Assembly: GCA_964426555.1 (NCBI GenBank)
Contig: CAYRQJ010000004.1
Span: forward strand, 19,109 to 83,108
Origin: an uncultured Candidatus Saccharibacteria bacterium
Lineage (GTDB): Bacteria; Patescibacteriota; Minisyncoccia; Phycocordibacterales; UBA9973
Reading direction: 5' to 3'
Length of the DNA: 64,000 bases
Positions within the stretch are counted from its first letter, which is position 1. Every line of letters starts with the position of its first letter. The notes beneath the pieces are model-generated. The model had not been told where the DNA came from. It ran no database searches and saw nothing but the letters and a program-made list of their open reading frames with translations. The position numbers and the translations under genes are program-made. Shown here in pieces: positions 10,101-18,266 of the stretch.

Positions 10101-10821
10101 GATCTTTTTCTACTTTCTCTTTTAGTTTTTCTAAATCAATGTTTTTAAACAAACTGTAAATTGCTTCGGCCCCAATTGATGCTTCAAAACAACTACCATA
10201 TTTTAATGAATAATGATGATATTGTAATTCGTTCATTACACGGCCCATTTGGATACCATCGATATCATTTTTTGCTTGAGTAAATAATTCTTTTAGTTTT
10301 TCTTTTGATTCTTCGTCTGTAACTGTTTTTATTTTTGATTTGTACTCACTTTCAAGATTCTTACGAACTTCTTCTTTTGATTCTTCATGAACAGCAGTAA
10401 CAATGTATCCTGCAAAGTAAATAACTTTTTCAAGTTCACCACCAGAAATACCCATGATTAATGCCATACGAGATGGAACACCTTTTAAAAACCAAATGTG
10501 TGCAACAGGACTAGCTAATTCAATGTGTCCCATTCTCTCACGACGAACAATTGCGCGAGTTACTTCAACTCCACATTTTTCACAAACAATATCTTTATAA
10601 CGAATACGGCGGTATTTACCACAGTAACATTCATAGTCTTTTTCTGGACCAAAGATTTTTTCGTCAAACAAACCACCACGCTCACTGCGTCCTGTACGGT
10701 AGTTTATAGTTTCTGGTTTTGTAATTTCACCAAATGACCATTCGCGAACTCTTTCTGGTGAAGCCAAACGAAGAGCAATGTAGTCAAAAGATTTTGTATC
10801 AAATGTTTTTTTACTATTCAT
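7186..10821 (-). CDS. rpoC: RNA polymerase beta' subunit
   Basis: NADFDGDQM catalytic motif, LLGKRVDYSGR, N-terminal Zn finger. Confidence 0.99.
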   Translation of the reverse strand: MNSKKTFDTKSFDYIALRLASPERVREWSFGEITKPETINYRTGRSERGGLFDEKIFGPEKDYECYCGKYRRIRYKDIVCEKCGVEVTRAIVRRERMGHIELASPVAHIWFLKGVPSRMALIMGISGGELEKVIYFAGYIVTAVHEESKEEVRKNLESEYKSKIKTVTDEESKEKLKELFTQAKNDIDGIQMGRVMNELQYHHYSLKYGSCFEASIGAEAIYSLFKNIDLEKLKEKVEKDLEKSKSLDREKTEKRLALIRSLLHSHSRPEWMFLSVIPVIPPALRPMVALDGGRHATSDINDLYRRVINRNNRLRKLIEISAPDVILRNEKRILQEAVDALIDNSMAKQDGAQAMSQSQKRALKSLADNLKSKQGLFRANLLGKRVDYSGRSVIVVGPDLSLNQCGLPKHMALELFRPFVIAKLIETELAYNIRGANKLIEDQIPEVWAILEDVIKGKYVLLNRAPTLHRLGIQAFMPVLIEGNAIQLHPLVCTGFNADFDGDQMAVYLPLSEASQDEARMLMAANKNLLKPQNGEPITEPKMDMVLGSFWMTKDVPDEKGQGMIFSSPNQAILALDFGHIDYRTKIKVLPTTKEKYAKFEGKVFETTVGRILFNNILPETFPYINEEMGKKGVSALVDDLIFHYGIDVTAGFLDKIKAFGFRYATKSGTTWGIDNVRVPVEKEAIVKAARAKELIVIGHYEDGLLTDEERYRKVLEIWEKAKKEIEKAIPATLDPKSSTYDLIISGARGNMGSMVQMCGMKGLIVNTTGRIIDYPVIPSYIEGLSPIQYFITTHGSRKGSADTALNTAKAGYLTRRLVDVSQDVIITEEDCKTKESKILKTETIGGTEIPLLRQIRGRVLAIDLKDKGGNSLYKKNTLVTKDIAIDIVAKGVTEVVVRTPLGCKGRFGVCKLCYGADLGRNEMIAFGQAVGIIAAQAIGEPGTQLTLRTFHAGGVAGTDITQGLPRIEEIFERRIPKSPAILSKVDGEVLEVRQTGSEKTIVVLSNERGASKDGSIEYVLPNRRNPIVKPGQKVVAGELLTDGSADIGEIFKTGGAKMAQDYIVREITKVYELQSASIDHKHIEIIIRQMFSRMRVKETGDSTLSPGEIVEKIELDEENMRLEYEGLRISKADSLVLGITEVSLTAKSWLSAASFQNTNRVLINNAVKGGIDRLRGLKENVIVGRLIPAGTGFREISDDIIIDEETGEAL

Positions 10822-10827
10822 ATAATA

Positions 10828-13800
10828 TTAAATGGTTTGCCCATTATTAGCTTCTAAATCTTCCGACATTGATTCGTTTATTAATTCAAGTACTTCTGGA
10901 TTTTCTTCTATATCTGCAGTAGCTTCTGTATCGTTACTGAATTTTCTTAAATCTACGTCCAGTGCTAACCCACGCAAGTATGAAAGCATAACGTTAAACG
11001 ATGCTGGGGAATGTGGTTCTGGAATTGGATTACCTTTGATAATTGCATCAAAAGTTTGTGAACGTCCTTGGATATCGTCAGATTTAATTGTAAGCATTTC
11101 ACGTAAAATGTTTGATGCTCCGTAACCTTCCAATGCCCATACCTCCATTTCTCCAAAACGCTGACCTCCGGATTGTGCTTTACCACCCAAAGGTTGTTGT
11201 GTAATAAGAGAATACGGCCCAATAGCACGCATGTGAAGTTTGTCTTCCACCATGTGGTGCAGTTTCAACATATATTTCATACCAACAGCAATATCTTGTT
11301 CAAATCTTTCACCAGTGCGTCCATCATATAATGGAACTCGTCCATTTTCTGGAAGACCTGCTTTTACTAGTTCTTCTTGAATTTCAGCAACTGTTGCACT
11401 CATAAATGGTGGAACTATTGCTTGGTAGCCTAATGTATGAGCAGCAAGACCTAGATGCATTTCTAGAATTTGTCCCAAGTTCATACGAGAAGGAATACCC
11501 AGTGGAGTAAGAATTACATCAATAGGAGTACCGTCTGCCATGTATGGCATTTCTTCAATTGGTAGGATTCGTGAAATAACACCTTTGTTACCGTGACGTC
11601 CAGCTAATTTGTCTCCAATTGAAATATTACGAACTTGCGCAATTTCAATAACAATTCTTTTTAATATTCCTGACTCTAATTTGTTTCCAGCTTCACGAGA
11701 GAATATTTTTACTCCAACGATACGGCCTTTTTTACCATGTTCCAGTCTTAGTGATGTGTCTTTTACATCACGAGCTTTTTCAGCAAAGATACTGCGAAGC
11801 AATCTTTCTTCTGGAGTTAATTCTGTTTCGCCTTTTGGTGTAATTTTACCTACCAAAATATCATTTTCACGAACTTCTGCTCCAATACGAATAACACCAT
11901 CTTCATCAAGATCTTTTAGTTTTGCTTCACCCACATTTGGGATGTCACGAGTAGTTTGTTCGGGTCCAAGTTTTGTGTCACGAACATTACAAATAAATTC
12001 TGTTGTATAAATAGATGTAAATACAGATTCACGAACCATTTTTTCTGAAAGAATAATCGCATCTTCAAAGTTTGCTCCATTCCATGTCATAAATGCAACA
12101 CGTACATTTTGACCCAATGCAATTTCTCCATTTACTGTTGAACTTGTGTCCGCTAAAATATCACCAGTTTTTACTTCGTCGCCAATAGATACTATTGGTC
12201 TTTGGTGGAAAACATTAAAGTTGTTTGTTCGAGAAAAAGTTACTAATGGATAAGTTACTGATTTACCAGCTTTATCTTTGATCATTACTTTTTTACCATC
12301 TACATAAGTAACTGTTCCTGCATTTTTAGCTAAGATTAGGCGTCCTGAATCACGTCCAGCAAGTGCTTCGATACCTGTAGCCACAAGTGGAGCCATTGGA
12401 CGAATACATGGTACAGCTTGTTTTTGCATGTTTGATCCCATCAGTGCACGGTTACCGTCATCATGTTCTAAGAAAGGAATCATAGAAGTAGCAAGTGAAA
12501 ATGCTTGATTAGGAGCAACATCGATAAATTGAACATCTTCACGACGAGCCAAACCTGGAGAAACACGAATACGAGATTCTACGAAATCGTCCATAATGTT
12601 TCCTTTGTCATCTAGTTTAATTGCAGCATGAGCAATAACAGATTTTTCTTCTTCTAACGCATTTAGATAAACAATTTCTCCAGTAACTTTACTGTTTTTT
12701 ACTTTTACATAAGGAGTTTCAATAATACCGAATTCATTAATTTTTGCGTAAGTTGCCAAGTGCAAGATTAGACCAATGTTTGGACCTTCGGGAGTATGAA
12801 TTGGACATACGCGACCATAGTGAGACGTGTGCACGTCACGAACTTCAAGACCAGCACGTTCACGTGTTAGACCACCGGGCCCAAGAGCTGACAATGTTCG
12901 CAAATGTTCTAATTCTGCTAGAACATTTTCTTGGTTCATAAATTGTGACAATTGGTTTGTAGTAAAGAATTCTTTAATACGAGCTTCCAATGGGCGTTGG
13001 TTTAAAATTTGTACAGGCAAAGTCGTATCGATATCAATAGTCGACATACGGTCCTGAATGTTTCTTTTCATTTGTGTAAAACCAACACGAATTTTTTGTT
13101 GAAGCATTTCACCAACATAACGAACACGTCTTTGTCCAAGATGGTCAATATCGTCGGACTTTGCGTTTGGAGTATCGTTAAGTAATAGAATGTTTGAAAG
13201 TATAGTTATAATATCGTCAGCAGAAAGAGTACGAACTTCTAAATTTGCAGGATCCATTGATTTTTCAAAACGATTGTTAAATCTAAATCGTCCTACAGGC
13301 GAAAGATCATATCTTTCAGGTGAAAGAATAGCTTCAATATATTCACGAGCATTGTTTACGTCAGCTAGATCTCCGTCGCGAAGCTTTTTGTACATTTCCA
13401 AATATGCATTTGCACGGTCTTTTACTGGGTCTTTAGCAATTAAACCAGTTATAATTGTTTTTAGTTTTTCGTCTTTACCACAAGCTTTAATAATGTCTTC
13501 ATCTTTTTCAAGACCCATCGCACGAAGCAATGTCACAACATTGAATTTACGCTTTTTGTCAATACGAACATAAAGACCACTATCGGTTTCAGAATCTATT
13601 TCAATCCATACACCACGAGCAGGAATAATTTTAGCTCCAAAATATCTTTTTCCTTTTAAATCTTGGTCAGTAAAGAATACTCCAAAAGAACGAGCCAATT
13701 GCGGCACAATTACACGTTCTACACCATTGATAATAAAAGTTCCATGAGCAGTCATTAACGGCAAGTCTGCCATAAAAATTTCTTGCTCTTTGTCAGAATT

Positions 13801-14103
13801 TAAAGATTTGTTTGTTAGCTTTACGCGAGCTTTTAGTTGCCCTTCGTAAGTTACTTGGTTAAATTTTGCATCTTCTTCAGAACATTTTGGTTCTGAAAGA
13901 GAAAATGATACGAAATTTAATTCAAACTTTTTACCAGAATAATCATTGATTGGAGAAAATTCTTTAAAAACTTCTTTTAATCCAGATTCAACTAACCATT
14001 CAAATGATACGAGTTGGTTCTCTATAAGAGAAGGAAATTCGATCAAGGGTTTTTTGAATCTTGAAAATGTTTTTTTGACGTTTGTTGGTGTAGTCTTAGA
14101 CAT
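10828..14103 (-). CDS. rpoB: RNA polymerase beta subunit
   Basis: GDKLAGRHGNKG, RFGEMEVWALE, RALMGSNMQ. Confidence 0.99.
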   Translation of the reverse strand: MSKTTPTNVKKTFSRFKKPLIEFPSLIENQLVSFEWLVESGLKEVFKEFSPINDYSGKKFELNFVSFSLSEPKCSEEDAKFNQVTYEGQLKARVKLTNKSLNSDKEQEIFMADLPLMTAHGTFIINGVERVIVPQLARSFGVFFTDQDLKGKRYFGAKIIPARGVWIEIDSETDSGLYVRIDKKRKFNVVTLLRAMGLEKDEDIIKACGKDEKLKTIITGLIAKDPVKDRANAYLEMYKKLRDGDLADVNNAREYIEAILSPERYDLSPVGRFRFNNRFEKSMDPANLEVRTLSADDIITILSNILLLNDTPNAKSDDIDHLGQRRVRYVGEMLQQKIRVGFTQMKRNIQDRMSTIDIDTTLPVQILNQRPLEARIKEFFTTNQLSQFMNQENVLAELEHLRTLSALGPGGLTRERAGLEVRDVHTSHYGRVCPIHTPEGPNIGLILHLATYAKINEFGIIETPYVKVKNSKVTGEIVYLNALEEEKSVIAHAAIKLDDKGNIMDDFVESRIRVSPGLARREDVQFIDVAPNQAFSLATSMIPFLEHDDGNRALMGSNMQKQAVPCIRPMAPLVATGIEALAGRDSGRLILAKNAGTVTYVDGKKVMIKDKAGKSVTYPLVTFSRTNNFNVFHQRPIVSIGDEVKTGDILADTSSTVNGEIALGQNVRVAFMTWNGANFEDAIILSEKMVRESVFTSIYTTEFICNVRDTKLGPEQTTRDIPNVGEAKLKDLDEDGVIRIGAEVRENDILVGKITPKGETELTPEERLLRSIFAEKARDVKDTSLRLEHGKKGRIVGVKIFSREAGNKLESGILKRIVIEIAQVRNISIGDKLAGRHGNKGVISRILPIEEMPYMADGTPIDVILTPLGIPSRMNLGQILEMHLGLAAHTLGYQAIVPPFMSATVAEIQEELVKAGLPENGRVPLYDGRTGERFEQDIAVGMKYMLKLHHMVEDKLHMRAIGPYSLITQQPLGGKAQSGGQRFGEMEVWALEGYGASNILREMLTIKSDDIQGRSQTFDAIIKGNPIPEPHSPASFNVMLSYLRGLALDVDLRKFSNDTEATADIEENPEVLELINESMSEDLEANNGQTI

Positions 14104-14109
14104 ATTTTA

Positions 14110-14340
14110 TTAATTAAATTTTACTCTCATTTAGACATTCCGTGACCGCGGAATAATTCTACTGAGATCTGCAATGCAATGAAAGGAAGCAATAAAATGA
14201 CAAAAGACGCGGAAGGTAGCTTCCCCGTTTATCGTGGTTTTGTTTTATTTGTATCCTTGTCGCATTAGTAGATACTTTTAGCCCGTAGGCGTTACATTAA
14301 TGTGTGCCGTTCATTCGTAACTCATTCGGTGCACTGTGGA
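14110..14340 (-). ncRNA. Putative structured 5' leader RNA of the rpoB operon
   Basis: About 230 nt non-coding, GC-enriched, with nested complementary segments (tctact/agtaga, aatgc/gcatt, gacaagga/tcttttgtc, ggaag/cttcc, ttccg/cggaa). Confidence 0.5.
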
Positions 14341-14341
14341 T

Positions 14342-14370
14342 AATATACTATAAAACGCTTGCAATTGCAA
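14342..14370 (-). promoter_or_regulatory. Sigma-70 promoter for rpoB
   Basis: TTGCAA-17 nt-TATATT on the minus strand. Confidence 0.6.
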
Positions 14371-14377
14371 GATATAG

Positions 14378-15088
14378 CTAATTCCCTTTTTGCTTCCAAT
14401 TTTCTATTTCTTTATGGTTTCCGGATAGTAAGACTTTGGGTACTTTGTATTTTTTACCATTATAAACCAGCTCTTCCGGGCGGGTGTATATTTCGCTACT
14501 ACTGACCCGTTCTTCTTCACGGGAATCAAAGTTACCCAGTACTCCAGCAACTTGCCGGGAAATACAATCAACCAATATCATTGCTGGCAATTCCCCGCCA
14601 GTCAAAACATAGTCACCAATAGAAACTTCGTCAACTTTTCCAAATTCTTTAGATAAGATTTTATTTACCCGTGCGTCTATACCTTCGTAGCGACCACATA
14701 TCATAACTATGTCTGTGATTTTGTTTTTTCCGTCCCCTGCCAGTTTTTTTGCATAATCTGTATCAAACTTTTTTCCTGCTGGTGAAAAGTTAATAATTTT
14801 GATTTTTGTATTCTTTTTCTTTTCTATTTTTTTGATTAAACTTTCTACTGCTTTTATTATTGGTTCGGCCATCATAACCATACCTGGACCGCCACCATAA
14901 GGACGCTCGTCGATTTGCTGTGAAATATTTCCATCGGGCCAAACTTTTTTATATTTACCAGTTACAAATTTACGCGGGTTTACAAAACTAACTTTGATTC
15001 TCTTTTCCTTTTGCGCCCGCGCCAAAATACTCTCACCCAAGTAAGAGTCAAACATCTCTGGAAATAATGTAATTATATGGAACTTCAT
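14378..15088 (-). CDS. trmD: tRNA (guanine-N1)-methyltransferase
   Basis: ITLFPEMF, PYGGGPGMV, CGRYEGID, SIGDYVLTGGE, YTRP. Confidence 0.97.
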   Translation of the reverse strand: MKFHIITLFPEMFDSYLGESILARAQKEKRIKVSFVNPRKFVTGKYKKVWPDGNISQQIDERPYGGGPGMVMMAEPIIKAVESLIKKIEKKKNTKIKIINFSPAGKKFDTDYAKKLAGDGKNKITDIVMICGRYEGIDARVNKILSKEFGKVDEVSIGDYVLTGGELPAMILVDCISRQVAGVLGNFDSREEERVSSSEIYTRPEELVYNGKKYKVPKVLLSGNHKEIENWKQKGN

Positions 15089-15099
15089 AAGTTTAATAT

Positions 15100-15142
15100 A
15101 ACATAAAATCCGCAGCTAAAATATTAGTGCGGATTTTATGTT
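15100..15142 (-). terminator. Intrinsic terminator after the KH gene, overlapping the trmD promoter
   Basis: aacataaaatccgca...tgcggattttatgtt inverted repeat. Confidence 0.65.
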
Positions 15143-15152
15143 TAAGAATTAA

Positions 15153-15521
15153 TTATAGTCCTTTTAGGTCAGCTAATGCTGCGTCCATTGTTTCTCCTGG
15201 ATCAGCAGAAACAGTAGTATTCATAGCACTTGGTGCTTCGTGAGTATTTTCACGAGCGAAACTGTGAGCTTCGCCACCTTCGGGTTCGTTAATTTTAAGA
15301 TTTACACGAGAATTACTTTTCATTCCGATAACACGAAGAAGTGTTCGGATTGCTTTAGCTGTATTACCTTGGCGGCCAATAACTTTTCCCATGTCAGCTG
15401 GGCTAACAGTTAAAGTTAATAATACACCCATTTCGTCAACGGTTCTTGTTATAGAAACATCGTTTGGGTTGTCAACTAAAGACTTTACGACATAGTCTAG
15501 AAATGCTTGATCATTCTGCAT
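15153..15521 (-). CDS. khpA: KH-domain RNA-binding protein (KhpA/YlqC family)
   Basis: DMGKVIGRQGNTAKAIRTL; conserved position between rpsP and trmD. Confidence 0.9.
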   Translation of the reverse strand: MQNDQAFLDYVVKSLVDNPNDVSITRTVDEMGVLLTLTVSPADMGKVIGRQGNTAKAIRTLLRVIGMKSNSRVNLKINEPEGGEAHSFARENTHEAPSAMNTTVSADPGETMDAALADLKGL

Positions 15522-15585
15522 ACACTGAATATTATATTACATCTTTTAAAACTCTTATTTGAGTTAAATAAAGTATAACATATTA

Positions 15586-15616
15586 AACAAAAACCCCGCA
15601 ATGCGGGGCTTTTGTT
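15586..15616 (-). terminator. Intrinsic terminator after rpsP
   Basis: aacaaaaaccccgca-a-tgcggggcttttgtt. Confidence 0.75.
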
Positions 15617-15625
15617 AATATAAGA

Positions 15626-15931
15626 TTAACTTACTTTTGCGTCTTTCTTTTTACCAGTTTTAGATTTCTTTGGAAGTGCATTTTTCTTTTGTCCTTCAAT
15701 AATTCCTTGTGAGATTAAGAAATTGTGTACAGTATCTGATGCTTGAGCACCTTCAGCCATACGCTTGATAACTTTCTCTTTGTCTACTGTAAAGTTATTT
15801 GCTTTTAAATCATAATTCCCTAATATTTCAATAAAACGGCCACTTTTAGCAGCATTTTTTGAATCAGTAAGAACCACACGAAAAGCAGGATTATTCTTGC
15901 GCCCAAATCTTTGTAAACGAATTTTTAACAT
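15626..15931 (-). CDS. rpsP: 30S ribosomal protein S16
   Basis: MLKIRLQRFGRKNNPAFRVV...GRFIEILGNY. Confidence 0.97.
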   Translation of the reverse strand: MLKIRLQRFGRKNNPAFRVVLTDSKNAAKSGRFIEILGNYDLKANNFTVDKEKVIKRMAEGAQASDTVHNFLISQGIIEGQKKNALPKKSKTGKKKDAKVS

Positions 15932-16003
15932 GTGTGCATATTATCAGTTTATATGGGACTAGTCAAGTGGCTTAAAATAAGTTAGTCTTAGTGTATAAGC
16001 CTG

Positions 16004-16120
16004 TCCCGTTAGAAGTTCTGCTGTTTATCTTGGGAAGGTATATAAAATAAAATTTAAATTTGATTACAGTTATTAATTAAAAAAGTACAGAAATCAAAGG
16101 ATTTCTTACTTCTAACGGGA
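16004..16120. mobile_element. MITE-like start-codon element, copy 3 (subfamily B, 117 bp)
   Basis: Perfect 13-bp TIR tcccgttagaagt / acttctaacggga; last base 16120 is the A of the rnr ATG. Confidence 0.85.
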
Positions 16121-18108
16121 TGAGAAAAAAAAATACTTTTAATAAAAAACAAGAACCCCAAAATAAACTTCGAAACCAAAACGACAGAAACAAAGCTAAT
16201 AGAAATAAAGACAATAATAAAAATTTACCAACTGGTAAATTTTTAACCGGTGTTATTCGAACTAGTAAGTCTGGAAATGGGTTTATAGACTTTAACGAAA
16301 ATGAATCAGTAATAGTACCCAAAGGTGAATTAAGCACAGCTATTAATGGTGACACTGTGCGTATAGAGCTATTACCAAAAAGACGTGACAAACCCGGTGA
16401 CGCTGGAACAGTAGTAGAAATAATAAAACGTGGCACAACTCATATTGCCGGAACAATTGATTGTGAGGGTACTACATTTTATTTAAAACCAATGAAGTCT
16501 AAATTCCCTTTTTTGGTTTATATTACTCCGGGTCATTTAAATGGGGCTACATGTGGCAGTGCTGCATTTGTAAAAATAACAAATTGGGTTAGTGATATTC
16601 CTGGAAACGTAACTGGTGAAGTAACCAAAGTTTTTGGGACCCGAGGTGAGCACGAAACCGATATGGCTATGATACTGGCCGAATCACTGCAAGATTCTGA
16701 ATTTACAAAAGATTTGTTAGACGAAGTACGAAAATTTAAAGATGTAAATGCAGAAAGTGAATTAAAAAATGGCCGTCGAGATTTTCGTGGAATAACAACT
16801 TTTACTATTGACCCAGAGAGAGCTCAGGATTTTGATGATGCATTGTCGATAGAAGAAAATGCTGACGGTACATATACCATTGGTATCCATATTGCGGATG
16901 TGTCTAACTATATAATAGAAAATAGTAATTTAGATATAGAAAGTTTTCGTCGTGGGACATCAATATATCTTGTAGACCGCTGTATCCCAATGTTACCGGA
17001 AAGATTGTCTAACGACTTGTGTAGCTTGCGTGAAGGCGTACCAAGACTAACCATGAGTACTGTAGTTAAAATACAATCTGATGGCCGTATATTAGAACAT
17101 TGGGTAGGTACAGGTATAATAGAATCTAACAAAAGATTTACATATGGTGATGTAGATAAAATCTTAGAAGACAAAGCCGGACTATATTATAAAGAGCTAG
17201 ACATATTAATGAACTTAGCTGAGATACTGGAAAAAGGCCGCGTAGCCCGTGGTGCGTTGGTATTTAACCGAGATGAAATAAGATTTATATTAGACCCTGC
17301 AGGCAAACCTATAGACATTGTACGTGAGCACAGTAGCCCGTCTCACCTACTAATAGAAAGCTTTATGTTGTTAGCTAACAACATAACTGCCCAAATGATA
17401 GAAGATTATAACAATGGTGAAGGTAAAAAACGCGGCATGTACCGTGTACATGGCAAACCCAACGAAACTGCAATTTTTGATTTGGTAATTTTTGCAAAAC
17501 AATGCGGTATTCGTACTCCGCAAACATTGGAAAAACCTTTGGACATTATCAAACACATTATGAAAAAATCTGTAGGTAATGACATGGAATCTATTCTTAA
17601 CGATATGATAATTCGTGCACAAGCCAAAGCCCATTATAGTGAAGTAAACATGGGTCACTTTGGATTGGCATTATTGTCTTACAATCATTTTACATCCCCT
17701 ATTCGACGATACCCAGATTTGGTAGTACATAGACTGATAAAAAATATAATGGCCGGGAAAGAATTATATTACAGTAAAGCTGAACTACATGGTATTGCTG
17801 AGCATAGTAGTGAAAGAGAAGAAAAAGCTACCGAAGCCGAACGTGCAAGTATTCGCTATAAACAAATTGAATTTTTAGAAAATTCTGTTGGTACTGTACG
17901 TGTAGGACGACTAGTTGGTATGACTGATACTGTAATAAAAATAATTGATGACGAAACTATGGCAATGGTTCACTGTAACCAGTCTAAATATCGTTTTACA
18001 TTAGGACAAAAAGTAGAATACACATTGGACAAAGCCGATAGACTGCAAGATGAATTAAGTGGTGTAGTGAATAAGCCCGTAGAAGTAGTAGAAAAAGAAA
18101 TAAAATAA
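16120..18108 (+). CDS. rnr: Ribonuclease R / RNB-family exoribonuclease
   Basis: Cold-shock domains, TIDPERAQDFDDALS, HIADVS, HFTSPIRRYPDL; reduced C-terminal S1. Confidence 0.92.
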   Translation: MRKKNTFNKKQEPQNKLRNQNDRNKANRNKDNNKNLPTGKFLTGVIRTSKSGNGFIDFNENESVIVPKGELSTAINGDTVRIELLPKRRDKPGDAGTVVEIIKRGTTHIAGTIDCEGTTFYLKPMKSKFPFLVYITPGHLNGATCGSAAFVKITNWVSDIPGNVTGEVTKVFGTRGEHETDMAMILAESLQDSEFTKDLLDEVRKFKDVNAESELKNGRRDFRGITTFTIDPERAQDFDDALSIEENADGTYTIGIHIADVSNYIIENSNLDIESFRRGTSIYLVDRCIPMLPERLSNDLCSLREGVPRLTMSTVVKIQSDGRILEHWVGTGIIESNKRFTYGDVDKILEDKAGLYYKELDILMNLAEILEKGRVARGALVFNRDEIRFILDPAGKPIDIVREHSSPSHLLIESFMLLANNITAQMIEDYNNGEGKKRGMYRVHGKPNETAIFDLVIFAKQCGIRTPQTLEKPLDIIKHIMKKSVGNDMESILNDMIIRAQAKAHYSEVNMGHFGLALLSYNHFTSPIRRYPDLVVHRLIKNIMAGKELYYSKAELHGIAEHSSEREEKATEAERASIRYKQIEFLENSVGTVRVGRLVGMTDTVIKIIDDETMAMVHCNQSKYRFTLGQKVEYTLDKADRLQDELSGVVNKPVEVVEKEIK

Positions 18109-18214
18109 TATGCACCCCGGGAATGAAAGAAAATTTTTTGTAATATTTCTAGTAATAATATTACTTGCCGGATTTTATTTACTATCACGGTATTAAAATT
18201 AATTAATGAGGAAA

Positions 18215-18259
18215 ATAAAAAAGACCTTTGATTTTTAAAATCTCAGGTCTTTTTTATTT
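18215..18259. terminator. Bidirectional terminator
   Basis: aaaaagacct..gattttt/aaaatc..aggtcttttt between convergent genes. Confidence 0.65.
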
Positions 18260-18266
18260 ATATTAT

